Shown: positions 34,055 to 42,522 of the stretch, one piece after another
Layout of the letters: every line of letters starts with the position of its first letter
Numbering within the stretch: position 1 is the stretch's first letter
Assembly (NCBI GenBank): GCA_964507445.1
Contig: CAZDQF010000005.1
Coordinates: forward strand, 38,436 to 102,435
From: an uncultured Isosphaeraceae bacterium
GTDB taxonomy: Bacteria > Planctomycetota > GCA-002687715
Direction: 5' to 3'
Length of the DNA stretch: 64,000 bases
Made by a program: the position numbers and the translations under genes
The notes under the pieces: model-generated
What the model saw: the letters and a program-made list of their open reading frames with translations, nothing else
Told to the model about the DNA's origin: nothing
The model's database searches: none

Positions 34055-34096
34055 CCCGCTTGCGGCACCGTCTCCGACCACGCAGGATCGGAGCAG

Positions 34097-34555
34097 ATGC
34101 TGCAACCTGATAGACCGCTCCCCCCTTATCCCTACACCCCCGGGACCCGCCCCCACCCGACCCGCCACCCGGACGGTCATTCGTTTCAACACACGAGACC
34201 CGAACCGGTCCTGCCCGATCCTGGCGCCTGGGGAGCTGATCCCGATCACCGGCACGCCTGCGACCTCTTCAACAACGGGTACTACTGGGAAGCCCACGAA
34301 GCCTGGGAGCACCTCTGGCATCTGACGGAGAAGGCCTCCCCTGAGTGGCACGCGCTACGCGGCCTCATCCAGGCCGCCGCCTACCGGCTCAAGCGCGCCA
34401 TGGGACACGAGCGCGCCGCCGACGTCCTCCACCGGAAAGCCGTGGCCAACCTCGAAGCGGCGACCCGCGACCGTCCCATGGTCCTGGCCTTGGACTGCGC
34501 GCGGTTCGCGCGAGCGCTCTCGTCGAGATCGGTTTCTGTGATTCCCGAGGAATAG
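34097..34555 (+). CDS. DUF309-domain protein
   Basis: CDLFNNGYYWEAHEAWEHLW matches the DUF309 signature. The N-terminus is Pro-rich and the true start is uncertain. Confidence 0.55.
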   Translation: MLQPDRPLPPYPYTPGTRPHPTRHPDGHSFQHTRPEPVLPDPGAWGADPDHRHACDLFNNGYYWEAHEAWEHLWHLTEKASPEWHALRGLIQAAAYRLKRAMGHERAADVLHRKAVANLEAATRDRPMVLALDCARFARALSSRSVSVIPEE

Positions 34556-34623
34556 GTCAGCGGACCTCCCCGTCGAAGCCCGCGAACGAACGACACCGGA
34601 GCGGACCTGCGGGAGTCACATCC

Positions 34624-35328
34624 ATGCGCAACCTGAACAACATCCTCGTCCTTGCCTTCCTGGCCTCCCTGGCGTGGGGACAGGAGCCCGCGACGAAGAG
34701 GAACCAGGGCTCAGCAGCCAGGCTCGTCTCCGTGGAGGGCGGCTATCGGCTCTTCCCGATCAAGGAGGACATTCACGCCGAGGAGATCCTCGTGCTGTGG
34801 AACAACGCCACCTCCACGCGACTGAGCTGGTCTCCGCTGACCTTCAAGGAGCACCATCGCGCTCGATTCTCGGGCATCGTGGAGATTGACAGCCAGGATC
34901 TGGACCGCTTCTTCGAGAGCATGCTCCAGGACCTGGGGTTCGGCCTGATCCCATCCGGATCTCCTCAGGCCAACGTCTACCAGGTCTACCCCATGGGGGG
35001 CGACAGATCTCCTTTCATCATGCGAGCGAAGCTGGTGGAGCCTGACGAGGCCGCTCGTTGCGCTCAACATCCCGCCCGGTTCTTCCTCACTCACGTCACG
35101 GCGAGGCACGCGGAAGCGAATGAGATCGCGTATTCCCTGAACGGCCTGCTGAGGATCAGGTGCCTGGAGATCGTGGCCGTCAACTCCAGCAACCGGATCA
35201 CCATCAGCGGCTTCGGGCCTACGGTCGCCAACGCAGTGGAGTTGGTTCGGAAGCTCGACCAACCACTGCCTGAAACCGTGGCCAAGAGCCGGAGCGCCCG
35301 GTTCGGCAAGCCCACCAAGTCCAAGTAG
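34624..35328 (+). CDS. secreted hypothetical protein, possible secretin-N-like domain
   Basis: ATG 34624 gives the signal peptide MRNLNNILVLAFLASLAWGQ. The C-terminal ITISGFGPTVANAVELVRKLD resembles STN / secretin-N modules. Stop at 35328 is followed by a terminator. Confidence 0.5.
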   Translation: MRNLNNILVLAFLASLAWGQEPATKRNQGSAARLVSVEGGYRLFPIKEDIHAEEILVLWNNATSTRLSWSPLTFKEHHRARFSGIVEIDSQDLDRFFESMLQDLGFGLIPSGSPQANVYQVYPMGGDRSPFIMRAKLVEPDEAARCAQHPARFFLTHVTARHAEANEIAYSLNGLLRIRCLEIVAVNSSNRITISGFGPTVANAVELVRKLDQPLPETVAKSRSARFGKPTKSK

Positions 35329-35396
35329 ACGAGATCGAATCAACCTGCTCCTGGGGAGCAGGGAGCTGACTGACACTGACGAGTGGGAGGACGTTG

Positions 35397-35443
35397 AAGG
35401 GGTGTGGCGTTTGTTGGGGAACGCGCCACGCCCCTTCTCTTTT
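35397..35443 (+). terminator. rho-independent terminator
   Basis: GGGGTGTGGCG-tttgttggggaa-CGCCACGCCCC forms an 11-bp stem with one G-U pair, followed by TTCTCTTTT. It lies 70 nt after the stop at 35328. Confidence 0.55.
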
Positions 35444-35474
35444 GTCGCGACGTCGCGCGACGCCGCCCACGCGA

Positions 35475-37841
35475 CTACGGCACGATGGCCATCACGGTCT
35501 GCCCCATGTAGGGGCCGTTGGGGTCGGTGATGGAACCTGCGCCCACCATGCCCACGGGGACCGCCGGCGCGGGGTGTCCGGAGAGCCACAGGTTGCGCAA
35601 GGTGATGGCGTCCGGGTGAGGGGTGGTGGAGACGATTCCGTCACCGCCGTTGGCGAGGAAGTCGATGTACTCAAAGGACGACGTCTGATAGAGCACGGTG
35701 GCCCGGACCTTGATGGGTCTGGTAACCCCGGCGGGTACCGGGATCTGATACAGGGTCGTGTCCCAGTGCTGGTTATCCGGGTAGAGCCCACCCTCAGGCC
35801 ACGGGGCGAGGTTCGGGTCGTAAGCACCCGTTCCACCAATCCCCTTGATCAGGGTCGCGCCCTTGGGCGGGATGCGGTTGTCCTTGACCGTGATGTTGTT
35901 CAGGGCGAAGTGGAAGGTCTCACCGTACAGGCCCAGGGCCGGGTAGTTCATCCCGTGCTTGGACTCGTAGATCTTGAGCTGCGGGTCCGCGATGAGCTCG
36001 CTGTTGGCATCCAGCGTGCCGGACTGCCAGAACGGCGTCCCGGCGGCGTCGAGGGCTTCGATCTGGATCCACATCTGGCGTCCCTCCACGTACCCGGTGG
36101 GGAGCTTGTGCCCGGTCAGGTTGGTGACCGTCACCGCCGCGGAGATGGTCCCAGGAGTCGGCTCCGAGGCGGTCAGGTCCACGTCGGCGGACTCCTTCAG
36201 CTTGTTGATGGCCCGGGTCGTCACCGTGTCGTACAGCTGGTTCCGTGAAGGCGGTCCGAAGTGGTAGCCCCCTTGGAAGTTGTTGCCGCTGGTCCAGGGC
36301 AGGTCCACCTGCGGGTACATCAGCTTGAGGATCTGCGGGATCCACGCGTTGCCACCGACGAACTCATGCTGCCTCAAGGCGCTGCGTACCTTGTTCCACG
36401 GACCGTAGAGCGGGTCCAGCCCTGCCAGGGTGCACCCCATGGCGTTCGACTGAGCCGGCATGTGACAGTCCTGGCAACTCTGGTGGTCCGGGCTGTTGGG
36501 GTCTGAGTAGGCGGAGTTGAGCCACTCCGTGTAGGTCCGCTCGATGGCGTGGCCCGACTCGGGCTGGGTGATGTTGTGGCAGGACCCGCAGAAGGTGGAC
36601 TCCCCCAGGTTGGCCCCGTGCTCCGTGTCGTGGGCCGGAGAGACCGCGCTGCCCGGCTGGGTCGGCGGCATGTGCGCCACCGGTGGCACGAACGTCCCCG
36701 TGACCGGGCCGACGTGGGCGCCGTAACCGGTGGTCCCACCCGCGTGACCGTAGGAGTAGGTGCCCGGGTAGGGACCGCGCTTGCCCGTGGCCTGAGAGAT
36801 CACCAGCTGGCTGTTGTCCGGCTGCCCCGGCGTCCTGAATCGACTCGGAGAGACATTGCCCACATAGTCCGTGGTGCGATGACAGGTGTCGCACATCACC
36901 CCTTCCATGTCGAAGGAGTGGTTGTGGTCGTAGACCCCGGGGGTGAAGGCGGAGGTCACGCCGTCTCCTTCGAAGCCGGAGCGACCGCCCTGCCAGGCGT
37001 TGGGAGAGTGGCAGCGGATGCAGAAGTCCGCGGCGAACTCGCCGCCATGGGACGACACCCCCTGAGCCTGCAGATAGTCATAACCGGCGACGGAGATGGC
37101 GAACTGCGCGTTGAACAGCGGGTCGCGCATGGAGTTCGCCATCATGGTGCCCATGTAGGACGGCCAGATGTCGTCAGCCGACCCGTGGCAGGTGTAGCAG
37201 TAGAAAGAGCTCTGGAACACGCCGTGGACCGGCTTGCCGTTATCGAAGACCTGGGTGGGCCCGGGGAATCCGTTGAGGTCCAGGGTGGGCAGGTCACCGG
37301 GGAGGGTCCCGGCCGGGGGCAGGATGCTCTCCACGCCCTTGGCGGCGAGGATCGGGTCGAAGTGGAGGTGGGCAGGGGTCAGCGGATTGGCGGTGACCGT
37401 GACCACCGACGGGGCGGTGAGGGTCACTCCCGCCGCCGAGTTGGCGTCACCGACAGCGCCCTGCGCGCCCATGGTCACCCCCGGGGGCACGGCCCAGGGC
37501 ACGGGCCATTCGCCCCAGAACTCCCCGTTCCCGTCCGTCTTGTGGGCCGGGTTGTTGAAGCCGTCCAGCAACCACGCGTCGAAGGAGGACAGGTTGATGA
37601 ACCCCGCCACGCCCGTGTCGGGGCCGGGGATCAATGCCTGTCCGAGCACCAGAGCGACCAGGGAGTTGGGCGCTCCGGACAAGTACCCGTGGACCACGTC
37701 CCCCTGCAGCACGGTCTGGCTTCCGGTCTGACCCTGCACCAGCAAGGACGCGGCGGGAGAGTTGGTCTGGGTTCCCTGCTGCGCGGCAGTGGGGATGACG
37801 AGCAACAGCACCGCGAGCGGCGCGAGACAGCGTTGATTCAT
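35475..37841 (-). CDS. secreted pentaheme c-type cytochrome
   Basis: 788 aa with signal peptide MNQRCLAPLAVLLLVIPTAAQQ. Five CxxCH motifs: CYTCH, CIRCH, CDTCH, CGSCH and CQDCH. Confidence 0.8.
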   Translation of the reverse strand: MNQRCLAPLAVLLLVIPTAAQQGTQTNSPAASLLVQGQTGSQTVLQGDVVHGYLSGAPNSLVALVLGQALIPGPDTGVAGFINLSSFDAWLLDGFNNPAHKTDGNGEFWGEWPVPWAVPPGVTMGAQGAVGDANSAAGVTLTAPSVVTVTANPLTPAHLHFDPILAAKGVESILPPAGTLPGDLPTLDLNGFPGPTQVFDNGKPVHGVFQSSFYCYTCHGSADDIWPSYMGTMMANSMRDPLFNAQFAISVAGYDYLQAQGVSSHGGEFAADFCIRCHSPNAWQGGRSGFEGDGVTSAFTPGVYDHNHSFDMEGVMCDTCHRTTDYVGNVSPSRFRTPGQPDNSQLVISQATGKRGPYPGTYSYGHAGGTTGYGAHVGPVTGTFVPPVAHMPPTQPGSAVSPAHDTEHGANLGESTFCGSCHNITQPESGHAIERTYTEWLNSAYSDPNSPDHQSCQDCHMPAQSNAMGCTLAGLDPLYGPWNKVRSALRQHEFVGGNAWIPQILKLMYPQVDLPWTSGNNFQGGYHFGPPSRNQLYDTVTTRAINKLKESADVDLTASEPTPGTISAAVTVTNLTGHKLPTGYVEGRQMWIQIEALDAAGTPFWQSGTLDANSELIADPQLKIYESKHGMNYPALGLYGETFHFALNNITVKDNRIPPKGATLIKGIGGTGAYDPNLAPWPEGGLYPDNQHWDTTLYQIPVPAGVTRPIKVRATVLYQTSSFEYIDFLANGGDGIVSTTPHPDAITLRNLWLSGHPAPAVPVGMVGAGSITDPNGPYMGQTVMAIVP

Positions 37842-37971
37842 GGCTCTGACAAGTAGGGAGGAACAGGTGGCGATGTGCGAAGCGAGGGCGCGGCCATGTT
37901 AGCAATGTACCCCCATCGGAACCGATGCCGATTCAGGAACTAATGAGCATTGGCACGCGGGTTTGTTGAGC

Positions 37972-38847
37972 TCAACCGCCCTTCACCGCCATGCTCACCG
38001 AGTACAGGGAGGTCCGGGCCGTGATGAAGAGCGTCTTGCGCTCCTTACCTCCGAAACAGACGTTCGCCGGTCCCTCTGGCAGGTCGATGGTCTCGATGTG
38101 GGCGCCCTTCTTGTCGTGGATGAACACCTTCCCGCGGGTGGTCAGGTAGAGGTTCCCCCGTTCATCCAGGGTCATGCCATCGGAGCCGGAACCCGGGATG
38201 AACACGGTCCGGTCGTTGAGGCGCCCACCGGACCCGATGCTGTACCGCATGATGTTCTTCCCCCCGGCGTCCGCCACGTAGAGGGTCTTGCCGTCACGGG
38301 TCCCCACGATGCCGTTGGGCTTCACCAGGTCATCGATGACCCGGCGCAGGGAAGAACGGTCCGGCGGCAACCAGTAGACATGGAAGCCGCCTTGTTGAAG
38401 GTCCGACTGCTTGCCGTACCGGGGGTCCGTGAACCAGATCCCCTGGTCCGGGTCGATCCAGAGATCGTTGGGGCTGTTGAGCGGCTTGTTGTCATGGGCC
38501 GCCACGAGCACCGTGCGCTCGCCGTCCCCGGCGAGACGACTGAGGCGGCGGGCTCCCCCCTCGCAGGCGTGGAGGCGCCAGCGAGCGTCGAAGTACAGGC
38601 CGTTGGCGGCGCCCGAGTTCTCGAGGAAGGTGGAGAGCTTCCCGTCCACGGACCACCGGTGGATACGGTTGTTGGGGATGTCCGTGAAGTAGACGTTGCC
38701 GCGCTGGTCCGCCGCGGGACCTTCCGTGAAACGGAACCCGGTGGCCAGGCGCCGCACCTTGGCTCCTTCGGCGACGAGGGAATCCTGACCCCATAACGGA
38801 CCGATCAGGGACAGGAGAACGACCAGAGCGGGGATGTTGTGCCACAT
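37972..38847 (-). CDS. SMP-30 / gluconolactonase / LRE-family beta-propeller protein, secreted
   Basis: Signal peptide MWHNIPALVVLLSLIGPLWGQ. EGPAADQRGNVYFTD, NGLYFDA, PNDL and PNGI repeats are typical of SMP-30/regucalcin lactonases. TATACT lies 8 nt upstream of the ATG. Confidence 0.75.
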   Translation of the reverse strand: MWHNIPALVVLLSLIGPLWGQDSLVAEGAKVRRLATGFRFTEGPAADQRGNVYFTDIPNNRIHRWSVDGKLSTFLENSGAANGLYFDARWRLHACEGGARRLSRLAGDGERTVLVAAHDNKPLNSPNDLWIDPDQGIWFTDPRYGKQSDLQQGGFHVYWLPPDRSSLRRVIDDLVKPNGIVGTRDGKTLYVADAGGKNIMRYSIGSGGRLNDRTVFIPGSGSDGMTLDERGNLYLTTRGKVFIHDKKGAHIETIDLPEGPANVCFGGKERKTLFITARTSLYSVSMAVKGG

Positions 38848-38896
38848 GGGGCACGAGTATAGGCCCGTCTTCGCCGAGACGCCTTACAATGCCGCC

Positions 38897-40939
38897 ATGA
38901 TCCGTTTCGCCCTCCCCGTGCTCATCGCCTGCCTCCTCTCACCCCAGGTCCCGGCCCAACGCAAGCGTCGCCCCAAGCCCACTCCCCAGACCCTGGCCTG
39001 CGGATCAGAGATCCCGTGGCGCGCCACGGTGGAGGAGGCCCTCTCCGACGCCCGAGCGAGCGGTCGACCGGTGTTCTGGTATGTGCCGACGGTGCGGGGC
39101 AGCCGCATGGACCGGAAGCCGGAGATCGATCTCTACATGATGACGGGCCCCTTCGCCGACCCCGACGTCGCCTCCGTCATCAGCCGCAAGTTCATCCCCG
39201 TGAGGTGGGCGCCCAAGGACGCGCTGCAGGAGAAGTACCGCCTGCTGCACGGCAGGTTCATCGAACCGGGGTTCCTGATCCTGGAACCGAACGGCGACGA
39301 GGTGTTCCGCGTCGACGAGATCACGACCCTCTCCGCAGAGTGGTGGGTCTGGCAGCTCCGCAACGCCCTGTCCATGCGACCCAACCTGAACCACCCGTCA
39401 GCAGAGGCAGCCGCCGCGGCCAAGGCCAACGACTCCATGGCCCTCGCTGAAGCGTTGCTTGCGGAGGGCGACCTGGAGGGCGCTGGCAAGGTCGCCGCCA
39501 CCCTCGAGAGAGCGGGGCGGCTCGCCCCCGAAGCAGGCATCACCATCGCCCGGGTGGCCCGGCGCCTGCACGACGGAGACAAGGCGAGGCGGTGGCTCGA
39601 CGGGCTGCAGGACTACGACCGCTGGCCCGCGGCCCTGGTGGAGTCCATGAGGCTCGCCCTGGGACAGGACGACGCCTCCGGATGTCTGGCCATCTTCGCC
39701 AAGGCCGGCAAGCCGTCTCCGGAGGCCCGGTTCCTGCAAGGTGTGGCCCTGCACCTCCTCAACCGGGACGGCGAAGGGAGGAAGGCCTGGGAAGCCCTGG
39801 TGGCGGACGGCGGTGACAATCGGTGGGTCAACAAGGCCTCCGCCGAGCTGCAACGCCTCGGGCCGTTCGTCCGGGCGTTCGAGCGCTTCGACTGGATGCC
39901 GGACGACGCCATGGTGAAGCAGCCGGACGGCACCCGCGTGCCTCGCGCCGCGGATCGGGCGCCGTGGCTGTCTGAACGCAGCGTTCATCTCCTGCTGCGC
40001 ACCCAGCGCTCCCACGGTGGCTGGGACGACAGCAACTACGACTTCGGCGGTACGGACAGCCTGCCCAACGTCTACGCCGCGGGGACCGCCCTGGCGGGCA
40101 TCGCCCTCATGGAGTGGCGTCACGTGGATGAGGAGCGGATCGACGACGCCGTGGAGAAGGCGCTCACCTACCTGCTGAACGAGGGCAACATCGCCGGTGA
40201 CGATCGCAACGAGATCGTCTGGGCACATGCCTACCGGCTGATCTTCCTGGAGCACTACCTCCGCCACCCCGGCGCCCGCCGCAAGCCCGCCGCGCGCGCC
40301 AAGGCCATCGAGCTGGTCAAGGCCCTGTCAGCGAGCCAGCTCAAGTCCGGCGCCTGGCGCCACGAGTACCCGAACCCCATGGCCACCGCCAGCGTGGTCC
40401 ACGCCCTGTTCCGCATCAAGGACGCGAAGGTCCCCACCGGCAAGGAGGTGACCAAGCGCGCCGCGGACGCCCTGGAGCTGTGCCGGAGCGAAGATGGCAC
40501 GTTCAGCTACGGCATCCCCCGGTCCGGTCGCCGCAAGGGGCGCCCTTCTCCCCCGGAGTTCGCCGCCGGTCGCATGCCAGCCTGCGAGATGGCCCTGCTC
40601 ATGGCGGGTCGTTCCGATCAGCAGAGGCTGACGGCTGCTCTGGACACGAGCTTTGAACACCACGGCTTGCTGGAGGCCATCCGCAAGTACGACGACCACT
40701 CGGACCGCTACGGCAACGGCGGGTTCTTCTTCTGGTACGACATGTACGGTCGCACGGAGGCCATCAAGAAGGTGGAGGCGGTGGACGCCCGGGAGTCCTA
40801 CCGGAAGCGCATGCTGAAGCTCGTGCTCGACCTGCCGGAGATGGACGGCGGGTTCGTGGATTCTCACGAGCTCGGCAAGACCTACGGCACCGCCATGGGG
40901 TTGATCTGCCTCAAGGCGGCGCTGCCCACCCGACAATAG
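38897..40939 (+). CDS. secreted thioredoxin-like domain protein with prenyltransferase/squalene-oxidase (PSQ) type repeats
   Basis: Signal peptide MIRFALPVLIACLLSPQVPAQ. N-terminal thioredoxin-like module (GRPVFWYVPTV...FLILEPNGDEVF). The C-terminal region has RSHGGWDDS, SQLKSGAWRHE and RSEDGTFSYG repeats resembling QxxDGGW terpenoid-cyclase/PSQ repeats. TACAAT lies 6 nt upstream of the ATG. Confidence 0.6.
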   Translation: MIRFALPVLIACLLSPQVPAQRKRRPKPTPQTLACGSEIPWRATVEEALSDARASGRPVFWYVPTVRGSRMDRKPEIDLYMMTGPFADPDVASVISRKFIPVRWAPKDALQEKYRLLHGRFIEPGFLILEPNGDEVFRVDEITTLSAEWWVWQLRNALSMRPNLNHPSAEAAAAAKANDSMALAEALLAEGDLEGAGKVAATLERAGRLAPEAGITIARVARRLHDGDKARRWLDGLQDYDRWPAALVESMRLALGQDDASGCLAIFAKAGKPSPEARFLQGVALHLLNRDGEGRKAWEALVADGGDNRWVNKASAELQRLGPFVRAFERFDWMPDDAMVKQPDGTRVPRAADRAPWLSERSVHLLLRTQRSHGGWDDSNYDFGGTDSLPNVYAAGTALAGIALMEWRHVDEERIDDAVEKALTYLLNEGNIAGDDRNEIVWAHAYRLIFLEHYLRHPGARRKPAARAKAIELVKALSASQLKSGAWRHEYPNPMATASVVHALFRIKDAKVPTGKEVTKRAADALELCRSEDGTFSYGIPRSGRRKGRPSPPEFAAGRMPACEMALLMAGRSDQQRLTAALDTSFEHHGLLEAIRKYDDHSDRYGNGGFFFWYDMYGRTEAIKKVEAVDARESYRKRMLKLVLDLPEMDGGFVDSHELGKTYGTAMGLICLKAALPTRQ

Positions 40940-40995
40940 GGAGACCCCGGCGCTCCGCGAGGACGGGGCACGTCCCCTGCGCTATCCTCTGGCCC

Positions 40996-42522
40996 ATGTG
41001 GTCGGACATCGGCATCGGAATCGGCGTCGTCCTGGCGATCGTGGCCATCCGCGATCTCCTCCAGAAGAAGCACGCCATCATCCGGAACTTCCCGGTGATC
41101 GGTCACTTCCGCTACATGATCGAGGCCATCGGGCCCGAGTTGCGGCAGTACATCGTCGCCAAGAACGACGAAGAGCGCCCCTTCTCCCGGGATCAGCGCC
41201 GCTGGGTCTACACCTCATCCAAGAAGCAGAACAACTACTTCGGGTTCGGCACGGACAACGACCTCGAGACGGCTCCGGGGCACATCATCCTGAGGCACAG
41301 CGCCTTCCCCGTCGCACCGGCGGCCCCCGACGATCAGCTCCACCTGATCCCTTGCGCCAAGGTCATGGGCGGCGCCCGTGGTCGGGCCAAGGCGTTCAGG
41401 CCAGACAGCGTCTTCTCCGTCTCGGCCATGAGCTTCGGCAGCCTCTCCGCCAACGCGGTGCAGGCCCTCAACCGCGGCTGCGCCGAGTCCCGCTCCCTGC
41501 ACAACACCGGCGAGGGCGGCATCAGCGAGCATCACCGCAAGGGCGCCGGGCTCATCTACCAGCTCGGCACCGGGTACTTCGGCGCCCGGGCTCCCGACGG
41601 GACCTTCTCCATGGATCGGTTCCTGGAGACCGTCGCCTCCGCGGACGTCCGCGCCGTGGAGGTGAAGCTGAGCCAGGGGGCCAAGCCAGGCAAGGGCGGC
41701 GTCCTTCCGGCGGCCAAGGTCACCCCGGAGATCGCTCGCACCCGCGGCATCCCCGTGGGCGAGGCATGCCTGAGCCCCGCCCATCACACGGCGTTCCAGG
41801 ACTCCTCCGGCCTCCTGGACTTCGTTGAAGAGCTCGCGGAGCGCACGGGCATCCCCGTGGGCATCAAGTCCGCGGTCGGCGACATCGGCTTCTTCGAGGA
41901 GCTGGCCCACCAGATGGAGACCACGGGCCGCGGCGTGGACTTCATCCAGATCGACGGCAGCGAAGGCGGCACCGGGGCCGCCCCCCTCGCGTTCACGGAC
42001 CACGTCTCCATGCCGTTCAAGCTGGGATTCACCCAGGTCTGGCGGACGTTCGCGGAGCGCGGCATCCAGGACGACGTGGTGTGGATCGGATCAGGGAAGC
42101 TGGGCTTCCCCGCCCCCGCCTGCCTCGCCTTCTCCCTCGGTTGCGACATGATCGGCATGGCACGGGAACCCATGCTCGCCATCGGCTGCATCCAGGCTCA
42201 GCAGTGCCACACGGGGCACTGCCCCACCGGAGTCGCGACACAGGGCAAGTGGCTCATGCGCGGCCTCGACCCCACCCACAAGGCCTACCGCATGGCCAAC
42301 TTCATGGTCACGCTGCGCAAGGAGACCCTGGAGTTGTGCCACGCCATGGGAGCGGAGCACCCGGGGCTCCTGAGCCCCGATCAGTTTGCCATCCTGGACG
42401 ACCGCTTCGGATCCAACTCCGCCGACACGATGTTCTCCTATGAACCAGGGTGGGGCCATCCAGCGGAGGGCCTTCGAGACGAGCTGGTGACCCTCATGAA
42501 ACGAGACGCTGATGTCGCCTGA
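40996..42522 (+). CDS. FMN-binding glutamate synthase-family protein (GltB domain-2-like, COG0069)
   Basis: N-terminal membrane helix, then the FMN/Fe-S glutamate-synthase central-domain fold: SAMSFGSLS, NTGEGG, KLSQGAKPGKGGVLP, GIKSAVGD, IDGSEGGTGAAP. Confidence 0.75.
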   Translation: MWSDIGIGIGVVLAIVAIRDLLQKKHAIIRNFPVIGHFRYMIEAIGPELRQYIVAKNDEERPFSRDQRRWVYTSSKKQNNYFGFGTDNDLETAPGHIILRHSAFPVAPAAPDDQLHLIPCAKVMGGARGRAKAFRPDSVFSVSAMSFGSLSANAVQALNRGCAESRSLHNTGEGGISEHHRKGAGLIYQLGTGYFGARAPDGTFSMDRFLETVASADVRAVEVKLSQGAKPGKGGVLPAAKVTPEIARTRGIPVGEACLSPAHHTAFQDSSGLLDFVEELAERTGIPVGIKSAVGDIGFFEELAHQMETTGRGVDFIQIDGSEGGTGAAPLAFTDHVSMPFKLGFTQVWRTFAERGIQDDVVWIGSGKLGFPAPACLAFSLGCDMIGMAREPMLAIGCIQAQQCHTGHCPTGVATQGKWLMRGLDPTHKAYRMANFMVTLRKETLELCHAMGAEHPGLLSPDQFAILDDRFGSNSADTMFSYEPGWGHPAEGLRDELVTLMKRDADVA

